Below, piece after piece: positions 9,125 through 17,811 of a DNA stretch of 64,000 nucleotides; position 1 is the first letter of the stretch, and every line of letters begins with the position of its first letter. The position numbers and the translations under genes were made by a program. Source of the stretch: Myxococcota bacterium (GTDB lineage Bacteria; Myxococcota_A; UBA9160; JAFDDA01); the NCBI GenBank assembly GCA_965228475.1, contig OZ245817.1:928001-992000 (forward strand), given 5' to 3'. The notes below the pieces were generated by a model, which made no database searches, was not told where the DNA came from, and saw only the letters and a program-made list of their open reading frames with translations.

Positions 9125-10083
9125 CAGTAGAAGGGGGTGCGCGTTCGATGGCGCGGGCGGGCCTTGATGGCGGGGGACTGGCCGCGGTTCCAGAGCCATC
9201 CGTCGAGGTCCGAGGCGGTGGTCGGGACGCCGCGCGCGGCCATCCGCTCGACCATGCGCTCCACGGCGACCACCCCCGCCGCGCGGATCTCGACCTCTTC
9301 CGGAGAGCCCGCCGGAATGAGCTCCTCCGCATCGATGCGTGCCGCGAGATCTTCGGTGTAGTGCAGGACGCCTTCCATGCGCAGGACGTGGGGGACGAGG
9401 TTGTCGGCGAAGCTCGTCAGGCGTTCGAGTCCGCCGAGGCGTTGGCGCTGCTCGCCGATGTCCGCCGCGGCGAGGTCCGCGACCGTGAGCTGCGCGCGCT
9501 TGAAGAAGGGAACCTCGAGATCCTCGTAGCGGGCGACGTCGCGGTAGAGCGGCATCGTTCCGAGGAGTTCGGCGATGCGCTCCGCCGAGCCGTCTCCTTC
9601 GGCGAGCGGCCCGGCGAAGCGGCCGCCGTAGCGCTCCGTCAGGAACGCGCCGAGCTCGTTCCACGCCTGCGCGAAGAGGGTCATGAGCTCGGCCGGTTCG
9701 GCCCGCGTGAGGTCCTGATCGAAGATCTCGGCGCAGTCCTCGGGCTGGAGGCGCGAGAGCCGAGCGGCGGAGAAGGGGCCGTCGCGATCGAAGCGTTCTT
9801 TCAGCGAGGTCGCGATCGTGAAGTAGCCCGAGAGGCCGGGCCGCTTGCGCAGGTGCGGGAACCAGCCGGAGCCGAAGTTCACCGCGCCGAGCGTGACGAC
9901 GAAGGCGAGACAGTCCTGGGGTTCCCCGGTGAAGTGGTGCGCGGGGTCCGGCGGGGCGGTGGGCGGGGGCTTGCCGTCGAAGGCGTCGGCCAGGGTCTCG
10001 AGGGCTTCGTCGTCGAGCCGGACGAACCGGGCGCGCTCGCACACCGCTGCCGTGGCAGATCGGATGCGTTCGCCGAGGGTCAC
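9124..10083 (-). CDS. Queuosine salvage protein (DUF2419 / QNG1-like queuosine nucleotide N-glycosylase)
   Basis: AVNFGSG, F-F-K-R-A-Q-L, LTSFADNLVPHVLR, EEVEIRA, LDGWLW, H-R-T-R-T-x-F-Y C-terminus; GTGA coupling with the upstream kinase. Confidence 0.85.
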   Translation of the reverse strand: MTLGERIRSATAAVCERARFVRLDDEALETLADAFDGKPPPTAPPDPAHHFTGEPQDCLAFVVTLGAVNFGSGWFPHLRKRPGLSGYFTIATSLKERFDRDGPFSAARLSRLQPEDCAEIFDQDLTRAEPAELMTLFAQAWNELGAFLTERYGGRFAGPLAEGDGSAERIAELLGTMPLYRDVARYEDLEVPFFKRAQLTVADLAAADIGEQRQRLGGLERLTSFADNLVPHVLRMEGVLHYTEDLAARIDAEELIPAGSPEEVEIRAAGVVAVERMVERMAARGVPTTASDLDGWLWNRGQSPAIKARPRHRTRTPFY

Positions 10084-11000
10084 GGGGTGACCACGCGCAG
10101 CGCCGAAGGCAGGATCTCGAAGCTCGCGTGCGCGGCCGGGAGGCACTCGCCATCGACGTCGAGGAGCAGCGGCCCCCGCGGCTCGAGGACGAGGCGCTGC
10201 CCGGTCCGGAAGATCACCTCGGGGCGGTCGAGATGGCGGCCCCGGTAGAGCTCAGGCATCGCCGAGAGGAGACGCCAGCGCGGGGCGCCCGGGATCACGA
10301 CGACGTCGAGCCGGCCGTCGTCGAGGCGGGCTTCCGGCGCGACGTGCATGCCGCCGCCGAAGTAGCGGCCGTTCGCCGCCGTCGCCAGGACGATCGGCCC
10401 GTCGTGCAGGACGTCGCCGTCGAGTGCGACGCGGCAGGGGACGTCCCGGTAGGTGAAGAGCGCGCGCAGGGTTCCGATCAGGAACGAGGCGGTGCCGCCG
10501 AGGCTCTTCGGCGCTTCGTTCACGAGCCGATCGACGCAGCCCGAGAGCCCGCCGCTCGCGATGTTCACGAAGTGGGTCCGGTGCGGGTCGCCCGCCGGAG
10601 TTCGCACGTCGAGGCGGCCGGCGTCGATGCGCCGCTCGCGCCCGGCGGCGATGGCCGCGGCCGCTTCGGGCACCCGGGGCGGCGTGCCGAGCGTGCGGCC
10701 GAGATCGCCCCCGGTTCCGAGGGGCAGGAAGGCCAGGCGCACGGCGTCGCCCGCGCCCGCGCCGAGCAGGCCGGCGACCACCTCGCTGGCCGTGCCGTCG
10801 CCTCCGGCCACGATCAGGGTCTCGGCCCCCGCGGTGACCGCTTCGCGCGCGATGCGTTCGGCGTCCCGGGGCCCGCGCGTCGCTTCGACCCGCAGCTCGC
10901 CGAGCCGCTCGCGCAGCGCGTCCTCGACCTGGCGGAATCGGCGGCCGGTCGCCCTGTTGCGGCTGGCGGGATTCACGATCACGACCGTGGGCGAGCCCAT
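10080..11000 (-). CDS. Diacylglycerol/lipid kinase family protein (YegS/DagK-like)
   Basis: IVNPAS, AGGDGT..EV, LPLGTGGD, NGRYFGGG, DDGRLDV, DVDGE. Confidence 0.92.
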   Translation of the reverse strand: MGSPTVVIVNPASRNRATGRRFRQVEDALRERLGELRVEATRGPRDAERIAREAVTAGAETLIVAGGDGTASEVVAGLLGAGAGDAVRLAFLPLGTGGDLGRTLGTPPRVPEAAAAIAAGRERRIDAGRLDVRTPAGDPHRTHFVNIASGGLSGCVDRLVNEAPKSLGGTASFLIGTLRALFTYRDVPCRVALDGDVLHDGPIVLATAANGRYFGGGMHVAPEARLDDGRLDVVVIPGAPRWRLLSAMPELYRGRHLDRPEVIFRTGQRLVLEPRGPLLLDVDGECLPAAHASFEILPSALRVVTP

Positions 11001-11024
11001 GGACGCAAGTTAGTGGAAGCGCGC

Positions 11025-11102
11025 GGAGCGGGTCAGGCCGTGCGGGGAGCGAATCTTGCCGCGCAGGGAACGAATCTTCCGCGCGAGGAGCGGGTCAGGC
11101 CG
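11025..11102. repeat. 16-bp direct repeat (GGAGCGGGTCAGGCCG) flanking two imperfect CGAATCTT(G)CCGCGC repeats
   Basis: Copies at 11025-11040 and 11087-11102 (the second spans the glpD stop); internal repeats start at 11050 and 11071. Confidence 0.8.
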
Positions 11103-12777
11103 CGCTGGCCGCGCTCTGCGGGCCGGCCTGGCCGGGCGCGATCTGGTAGCGGCGCGTGACGACCGCGCGGTACTCGGCGGCCTCCCGCGCGATGCGCTCC
11201 GGGCTCCAGCCCGCGGTCTCGCCCGCGAGGGCGGCGATGGCCGGCAGCTCCGGAAGCCCCTGGCCCACGGCGAAGAAGGCCATGCGGATGCGGTGTTCGA
11301 GAAGGTCGCTGAGCGTCACCGGGCATTCGGTGTTCACGACGAAGGGAATCTCCGCCCAGACGTAGCGGCTCGTGCCGATGCTCGTGCGCTGCTCGGCCGG
11401 CGCGGCTTCGAGCAGGGTCTGCGCATCGCGGCCGTAGGTCTGCACGAGGTGCCCGGCCGAGAGCGGCGAGAGGCCGTAGTCCTCGGTGAGGGCTTCGGCC
11501 AGGGCGCCGCCGTCGAAGGCGTCGTCGCGCAGGGGCAGGGTGCGGGTTCGCGAAGGGCCCGCGGCGCGGCGTCGCGTCTCCGGGAGCTTCGCCAGGGCGC
11601 GGTCCACGAGGGATTCGCCCATCGCGCGGTGGGTGGTGAGCTTCCCGCCCGCGGCCGAGACCAATCCCGATTCGTCCTCGTAGATCTGGTGCTCGCGGGA
11701 CACCGAGCTCGGCGGAACCGATGCGTCCTGCGCGGCGACGAGCGGGCGGACGCCCGCGTAGACGCTCACGATGTCGTTGGTCGTGAGGGTCACGCCCGGG
11801 AAGGCGGCGTTGGCCGCCGCGAGGAGGTAGTGGACCTCCTCGATCGTGACGACGGGCTCGTCGATCTCTTCGGTGAAGTCGTCGGTGGTCCCGATCAGGG
11901 CCAGGTCGTCCCAGGGCGCGAGGAACATGTGCCGCCCGTCGGCGGCGTCGAAGGTCACGGCTCCCTCGCAGCGCACGCGATCGCCGCGGATCACGAGGTG
12001 GACGCCCTTGGCCGGCCGCAGCTCCGTCTGCGGGAGCGGATGGTCGAAGCCGCGCACGCGTTCGAGGCCGGGTCCGACGGCGTTCACGACGGCGTGGGCC
12101 CGCACGCGGTGGGTCGTGCCCGTGGTGCGGTCGTGGACGGTGGCGCCACGGACCCGGCCGCCCTCGTGGAGGAGCGCGGTGACCTCGGCGTGGTTCACGG
12201 CTTCGGCGCCGAGCGCCCGCGCGCTGCGGACGGTCTCGAGGACGAGACGGGCGTCGTCCGCCTGGCCATCGTGGTAGACGGCGGCCGTGCGGAAACCCTC
12301 GCGCTTGAAGTCCGGGGAGAAGGCATGGGCCTGCTCGGCACCGAGTAGCCGGAAGCGCGCGCTCTTGCGGAACCCCGCCATTGCCCAGTAGGTGAGCATG
12401 GCGGCGCGCACCTGCCAGGCCGGGACCTTGCCGCCGGCGAAGCTCGAGAAGAGGAACGGCGTCATGCGTACGAGGTTCGGATGCAGGGCCACGAGCCGGT
12501 CGCGCTCGCGGCAGGCCTCGGCCGTCACGCGGAACTGGCCCTCCCCGAGGTAGCGCAGGCCGCCGTGGATCATCTTGGAGGAGCGGCTCGACGTCCCGGA
12601 AGCGAAGTCCGCGCGCTCGACGAGCAGGCATCGCAGTCCGCGCGAGGCCGCGTCGCGCAGCACCGCGGCGCCGGTGATTCCGCCGCCGATCACGAGGAGG
12701 TCGTAGGGCTCCGGCGCGCGCCCGGCCTCTTCGAGCGCGCGCGTGCGCCCGGCCTCGTTCCAGGGGGCCGCGCTCAA
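11095..12777 (-). CDS. glpD: Glycerol-3-phosphate dehydrogenase/oxidase (FAD)
   Basis: IGGGITG, DFASGTSSRSSKMIHGGLRYL, DDARL, KGVHLV, IGTTD, AGVRPL, GGKLTT.R. Confidence 0.9.
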   Translation of the reverse strand: MSAAPWNEAGRTRALEEAGRAPEPYDLLVIGGGITGAAVLRDAASRGLRCLLVERADFASGTSSRSSKMIHGGLRYLGEGQFRVTAEACRERDRLVALHPNLVRMTPFLFSSFAGGKVPAWQVRAAMLTYWAMAGFRKSARFRLLGAEQAHAFSPDFKREGFRTAAVYHDGQADDARLVLETVRSARALGAEAVNHAEVTALLHEGGRVRGATVHDRTTGTTHRVRAHAVVNAVGPGLERVRGFDHPLPQTELRPAKGVHLVIRGDRVRCEGAVTFDAADGRHMFLAPWDDLALIGTTDDFTEEIDEPVVTIEEVHYLLAAANAAFPGVTLTTNDIVSVYAGVRPLVAAQDASVPPSSVSREHQIYEDESGLVSAAGGKLTTHRAMGESLVDRALAKLPETRRRAAGPSRTRTLPLRDDAFDGGALAEALTEDYGLSPLSAGHLVQTYGRDAQTLLEAAPAEQRTSIGTSRYVWAEIPFVVNTECPVTLSDLLEHRIRMAFFAVGQGLPELPAIAALAGETAGWSPERIAREAAEYRAVVTRRYQIAPGQAGPQSAASAA

Positions 12778-13553
12778 CGGGACGTTCCGTCCGGGCCCGC
12801 GGCGGCCGCACCGCCTCCGATCACGCCGGCGGCTTCGAGCCGCGCGGCCTCGTCGAGGATCGCGCGCTCGCTGTACTCGAGCATCACTTCGAGGATCTCG
12901 CGGGCGCGCACCGGGTCGCGGGCTTCGAGGGCGTCGAGGAGCCGGCGGTGTGTCGCCTGGGAACGCCGGAAGTCGCGCTTCTCGTTGTAGTAGAGCGGGC
13001 CGAGCCGGCGCAGGAGCTTCGTGAAGAGGTTCGTCACGACCCGGTACATGAGGTTGCCGCTGGCTTCGCCGAGCAGGCGGTTCATCTCGACGTCGAGGGC
13101 GAGGGCGCGCGCCGGGTCGCTGCCTTCCTCGCCTTCGCGCTCGAGCAGCGCCCGGGCGTGGGCGACCTGTTCGTCCGTGCGCTCCGTCGCCGCCAGTTCG
13201 ACCACGCGCAGCACGATGTCGCGCCGGAACTGGAGCGTCTGGCGCAGGAGGTCCGTCGTGATGAGGCGCGGCTCGTCGAGGAGCGCGTCCACGATCCCGA
13301 GGGCCGAGGAGTCCGCGGCGCCTCGCACGAAGGTGCCCTGGCCGTGGCGGACCGCCACGAGCTCGAGCCCCTGGAGCCGCTTCACCGCTTCGCGGACCGA
13401 GCCGCGGTTCACGCCGAGGCGGGCCGCCAGCTCGCGCTCGTTCGGCAGGCGCTCGCCCGCGGGAATGGCGCCCGAGAGGATCTGGCTCCGGAGCTGTTCG
13501 AAGACGCTGCTGCTGCGGCTCGGGGCATCCAGGCGCTGGAGGTCGAGGCTCAT
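12774..13553 (-). CDS. GntR (FadR subfamily) transcriptional regulator
   Basis: GERLPNERELAARLGVNRGSVREA...RHGQGTFV wHTH plus FCD-like C-terminus. Confidence 0.9.
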   Translation of the reverse strand: MSLDLQRLDAPSRSSSVFEQLRSQILSGAIPAGERLPNERELAARLGVNRGSVREAVKRLQGLELVAVRHGQGTFVRGAADSSALGIVDALLDEPRLITTDLLRQTLQFRRDIVLRVVELAATERTDEQVAHARALLEREGEEGSDPARALALDVEMNRLLGEASGNLMYRVVTNLFTKLLRRLGPLYYNEKRDFRRSQATHRRLLDALEARDPVRAREILEVMLEYSERAILDEAARLEAAGVIGGGAAAAGPDGTSR

Positions 13554-13630
13554 CGGGATTCCTTCGGGTTGGGCCGTTTCCGGCCCGTGGCTTCCGCTCC
13601 GGGAACCGCGGCAGCCTAGCACGGGGGTCC

Positions 13631-13643
13631 GAGGTCCGACCAC
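13631..13643. promoter_or_regulatory. FadR-type GntR operator candidate (GGTC-n-GACC)
   Basis: Minus strand reads GTGGTCGGACCTC, close to TGGTnnnACCA; overlaps the expected -35 of the extended -10 TG-C-TAGGCT (13618-13613) upstream of the GntR gene. Confidence 0.55.
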
Positions 13644-13689
13644 TTCCGAATCCACAAGAAGATCAAGGGTTTCCCGCTATGCTCGCCGC

Positions 13690-14415
13690 GTGATTCGCCG
13701 CCTCTGGGAGCGCTACACGCGGGAGATCCTGCTCGTCGGGGTCCTGGTCCTGCTCGTCCTCGGGCGGCTCGTGGCGAGCCGGCTCGGCATCGAATGGAAT
13801 GCGGAGTCGGTGCGCGAGCTCGTGCTCGGTCTCGGAGGCTGGGGGCCGGTGCTCTTCGTCGCGCTCGTGACCTTCCGGCAGATCACCCTGATCCCCTCGC
13901 AGATCCTGCTCGTCGCGGGCGGCCTGTGCTTCGGCGTCGCGGCCGGCACCGTCTACGGCGCGATCGGCATCGCCGCTTCGGCGACGATGGTCTTCCTGCT
14001 CGCGCGCTACGCCGGCAAGGACGCCATGCTCGCGCGCGTTCCCCAGGAGATGCGCCCGCTGCTCGACGCCGCGGGGCGCCGCGCCGGCCCCGCGCTGGTC
14101 GCCGTCGGGACGGGCTACCCGGTCGGACCGCTCACCGCCTACCACATCGGTGCGGGCATCACGTCCATGTCGCTCGGGGCCTTCGTCGCCGCGGTTTCGA
14201 TCGGGGGCCTCATCCGCGGGCTCGTCTTCACGACGCTCGGCAGCGCCCTCATGGAGGGCATGGGAAAGCAGTTGCTCCTGGCCGGGTTGCTGCTGCTGCT
14301 TGCCGCCACGCTGCCGCTCGCCTCGCCGCGTGCACGCCGTTGGCTGCTCGGCAGCTCGGGCGCGGCGGATCCGGAAGAGAAGCCCGAGAGCCCCTCCGAA
14401 GAGGATCGAGCCTAA
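13690..14415 (+). CDS. TVP38/TMEM64 (DedA/VTT domain) membrane protein
   Basis: LGGWGPVLFV...IPSQILLVAGGLCFG...G..SATMVFLLARYAG; TATGCT 6 nt before the GTG. Confidence 0.85.
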   Translation: MIRRLWERYTREILLVGVLVLLVLGRLVASRLGIEWNAESVRELVLGLGGWGPVLFVALVTFRQITLIPSQILLVAGGLCFGVAAGTVYGAIGIAASATMVFLLARYAGKDAMLARVPQEMRPLLDAAGRRAGPALVAVGTGYPVGPLTAYHIGAGITSMSLGAFVAAVSIGGLIRGLVFTTLGSALMEGMGKQLLLAGLLLLLAATLPLASPRARRWLLGSSGAADPEEKPESPSEEDRA

Positions 14416-14462
14416 GGAGGGCAGCGAGAGCCGTCGATGTACGGGGGGCCGAAGGACGCCCG

Positions 14463-15431
14463 ATGACCCCGCACGCGATCGCACTCGAGCTGACCCTGAT
14501 CCTGGCCACCTGGCTCGCGATCGGCGCCCTGCAACGGGACCACCACGTTCCGGGCCGGCTCACCTTCGCCGCGGCGGCCGGAGCGGTCGCGCTGTGGGTC
14601 GGTGGCAACCTGCTCTCGCTGCGGGCGGACACGACCCTGCTCGGGCTTCGCATCAGCATGGTCGGCGCCCTGGCGCTGACACCGCTGTGGTTCGGGGTCG
14701 CGGCGCACTCGGTCAAGCTCCCGCTGATCCGGCGCACGCCCTGGCTCCCCTTGATGCTGATGGCCCCGTTCGTGCCGGTCTACGGGCTGCTCTATGCGGG
14801 CCCCTGGAGCGTGCTCTTCATCCCGACCCACGCCGTCGGCGAAACGGCCCACGGCCCGCTCTTCTGGTGGACGCTCTTCTATGCGTGGGGCCTGGTCCTG
14901 GCGGGTCTCGGCGTCCTGATCCATGGGGCGTGGCAGGCCGATTCGCCGGACCTGCGGCGCGGCCGCGCGCGCATGGCCGCCTCTGCCCTGGTTCCGCTGG
15001 CGGCGAACCTCTACTGGGCCTGGCAGGTGATCGGGAACGGTTCGGCCTCGAGCGAGATCACGCCGATGATGCTCGCGATCACGCTGCTCGCCTTCCGCCG
15101 CAGCATCCTCTCCGGAGGGGTGCTCGACGTCGTGCCGATCGCCCAGCGCGACATCATCCGACACCTGCCGTTCGGCGTGGTGCTCGCCGACGACGCGGGG
15201 GTGGTGATCGACGTGAACCCCGCCGCGGAGGAGCTGCTCGACCTCGCCTGCGCCGACGCCCTGGGCCGGAGCCTCGAAGCGGTGATCAGCCGCGCGCCCC
15301 TGGAGGTCCGCATCGAGATCTCGAGCGTGCGCACGCGCGGCGGAGAGTCGGCGCGCTTCGCGCTGCTCGAAGCGCCCAAGGCGCCGATTCCGGCGGCACC
15401 CGCACCGCCGATCCGACCCATCGAAGGCTGA
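14463..15431 (+). CDS. HisKA_7TM-type membrane sensor domain plus PAS, no kinase or cyclase output domain
   Basis: Seven hydrophobic segments, HGPLFWW, then LDVVPIAQRDIIRHLPFGVVLADDAGVVIDVNPAAEELL (PAS); ends about 55 aa later. Confidence 0.75.
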   Translation: MTPHAIALELTLILATWLAIGALQRDHHVPGRLTFAAAAGAVALWVGGNLLSLRADTTLLGLRISMVGALALTPLWFGVAAHSVKLPLIRRTPWLPLMLMAPFVPVYGLLYAGPWSVLFIPTHAVGETAHGPLFWWTLFYAWGLVLAGLGVLIHGAWQADSPDLRRGRARMAASALVPLAANLYWAWQVIGNGSASSEITPMMLAITLLAFRRSILSGGVLDVVPIAQRDIIRHLPFGVVLADDAGVVIDVNPAAEELLDLACADALGRSLEAVISRAPLEVRIEISSVRTRGGESARFALLEAPKAPIPAAPAPPIRPIEG

Positions 15432-15457
15432 GACCGGGCGGCGCGCCGCCGGAAGGG

Positions 15458-17728
15458 TCAGCTCTTGCGCAGGACGTTCAGCGCCGAGCCGGCCTGGAAC
15501 CACCCGATCTGGTCGTCGTTCAGGGTGTGGTTCGCGGCGAAGCGGTCTTCGCTGTCGTCGGCGTGGTGCAGCACGACCTCGACCGGCCGGCCGCGCTCGA
15601 GCTCGCCGAGGCCGAGCACGCTCACGCGGTCGTGCTCCGCCACCTTCTCGTAGTCCGCGGGGTCCGCGAAGGTCAGGGGCAGCACGCCCTGCTTCTTCAG
15701 GTTGGTCTCGGCGATGCGCGCGAAGCTTCGGACGAGCACCGCGGCGCAGCCCAGGTGCCGCGGTTCCATCGCCGCGTGCTCACGGCTCGAGCCCTCGCCG
15801 TAGTTCTCGTCCCCGACGACGACCCACTGCAGCCCCTCGGCCTTGTAGCGCCGCGCGATGACCGGGAAGGACACGCCGGTCTCGCCCGAGAGCTGATCGA
15901 CGCCTTCGCCGGCGGCACCCGTGAAGGCGTTGATCGCGCCGATGTACATGTTGTCGCTGATCCGATCGAGATGGCCGCGGAAGCGCAGCCACGGGCCGGC
16001 CATCGAGATGTGGTCCGTCGTGCACTTGCCCTTGGCCTTCAGCAGGAGCGGCAGCTTCTCGAAGTCGCCGCCGTGCCAGGCGGCGAAGGGCTCGAGGAAG
16101 GCGAGCCGTTCGCTGTCCGGGTCGATCTCGACCTCGACGCCCGCACGGTCCGCCGGCGGATCGAGGTAGCCCTCGGAGCTCATCACGAAGCCGCTCTCCG
16201 GGACGTCCGGCGCCGGCGCCGGCGGCTCGAGGCGGAACTTCGTGCCGTCCTCGGCGACCACCTCGTCCGCGAGCGGGTTCCAATCGAGGGTTCCCGTGAG
16301 GGCGTAGGCCACGGTGATCTCGGGGCTCGCGATGAAGGCGAGCGTCTCCGGGTTGCCGTCGTTGCGCTTCGGGAAGTTCCGGTTGAACGAGGTCAGGATC
16401 GAGTTCGACTCGCCCTTCTCGACGTCGTCGCGCCGCCACTGGCCGATGCACGGGCCGCAGGCGTTCGCGAGGACGACCGCGCCGATCTCCTCGAGCTCGG
16501 CGAGCTGGCCGTCGCGCTGGATCGTCTTGTGGATCTGCTCCGAGCCCGGCGTGCACCAGAGCTTCGTCTTGGCGCGCGCTCCGCGGCTCGAAGCCTGCCG
16601 CGCGACGTCGGCCGCACGCGAGAGATCCTCGTAGGAGGAGTTCGTGCAGCTTCCGATCAGGCAGGAGGTGAGGTTCAGCGGGTAGCCGCTCTTCTTCGCG
16701 TCCGCCGCGAGTTCCGAGACCGGGCGCGCGAGGTCGGGCGTGTGGGGGCCGACGACGTGCGGCTCGAGCGTCGAGAGATCGATCTCGACGATCTCGTCGA
16801 AGAAGCGCTCCGGGTCGCTCTCGACCTCGTCGTCCGCGCGCAGCAGCTCCGCGTTCCGGTTCGCGAGATCGGCGAGCGCCTCGCGCTCGGTCGACTTCAG
16901 GTAGAGCTCCATGCGCGCGTCGTACGGGAAGATCGAGGTCGTGGCGCCGAGCTCGGCGCCCATGTTGGTGATCGTGCCCTTGCCGGTGCACGAGAGCGAG
17001 GCGGTGCCCGGGCCGAAGTACTCGACCACGCGGTTCGTGCCGCCCTTCACCGTGAGGTGTTCACAGACCTTCAGGATCACGTCCTTCGGCGCGGACCAGC
17101 CGGAGAGGCTGCCCGTGAGCCGCACCCCGACGAGCTTCGGGTAGAGCACCTCCCACGGGAAGCCGGCCATCACGTCGACGGCGTCGGCGCCGCCCACGCC
17201 GCAGGCGAAGGCGCCGAGCCCGCCCGCGTTCGGCGTGTGGGAGTCCGTGCCGATCATCATCAGGCCCGGGAAGGCGTACTTCTCGAGCACCACCTGGTGG
17301 ATGATGCCGGCGCCCGGGCCCCAGAAGCCGATGCCGTAGCGCGCCGACGCGCTGCGCAGGAAGTCGTAGACCTCGCGGTTGCTGACGCGCGCGCTCTCGG
17401 TGTCTTCGGCCGCGCCCTGGTAGGCCTGGATCAGGTGGTCGCAGTGGACGGTGGTCGGGACGGCGGTGTCGTCGCGCCCGGAGGAGATGAACTGGAGGAT
17501 CGCCATCTGGGCCGTGGCGTCCTGCATGGCCACGCGGTCGGGCTGGAGCTCGATGTAGCTCTTGCCGGGCTCGAGCCGGGCGCCCTTCGGGTCGGCCAGG
17601 TGGCCGAGGAGGATCTTCTCCGCGTAGGTCAGCGGGCGGCCGAGCCGCCCTCGGATGATTTCGAGGTTTCGGGCAAGCTGATCGTAGACCCGCTCCACCC
17701 GCTCCGGTGTGGTCGCAATCTCGGTCAT
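15458..17728 (-). CDS. Aconitate hydratase (mitochondrial-type aconitase family)
   Basis: [81 protein letters not shown] upstream. Confidence 0.95.
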   Translation of the reverse strand: MTEIATTPERVERVYDQLARNLEIIRGRLGRPLTYAEKILLGHLADPKGARLEPGKSYIELQPDRVAMQDATAQMAILQFISSGRDDTAVPTTVHCDHLIQAYQGAAEDTESARVSNREVYDFLRSASARYGIGFWGPGAGIIHQVVLEKYAFPGLMMIGTDSHTPNAGGLGAFACGVGGADAVDVMAGFPWEVLYPKLVGVRLTGSLSGWSAPKDVILKVCEHLTVKGGTNRVVEYFGPGTASLSCTGKGTITNMGAELGATTSIFPYDARMELYLKSTEREALADLANRNAELLRADDEVESDPERFFDEIVEIDLSTLEPHVVGPHTPDLARPVSELAADAKKSGYPLNLTSCLIGSCTNSSYEDLSRAADVARQASSRGARAKTKLWCTPGSEQIHKTIQRDGQLAELEEIGAVVLANACGPCIGQWRRDDVEKGESNSILTSFNRNFPKRNDGNPETLAFIASPEITVAYALTGTLDWNPLADEVVAEDGTKFRLEPPAPAPDVPESGFVMSSEGYLDPPADRAGVEVEIDPDSERLAFLEPFAAWHGGDFEKLPLLLKAKGKCTTDHISMAGPWLRFRGHLDRISDNMYIGAINAFTGAAGEGVDQLSGETGVSFPVIARRYKAEGLQWVVVGDENYGEGSSREHAAMEPRHLGCAAVLVRSFARIAETNLKKQGVLPLTFADPADYEKVAEHDRVSVLGLGELERGRPVEVVLHHADDSEDRFAANHTLNDDQIGWFQAGSALNVLRKS

Positions 17729-17811
17729 GAGTTCTCCTGGGAGGACTCCATTGTAGCGAACCTGCGCGCGTGTCCCGTTCGGGCCCGCCGCCGCGGGCCG
17801 TCTCCGGCCCG

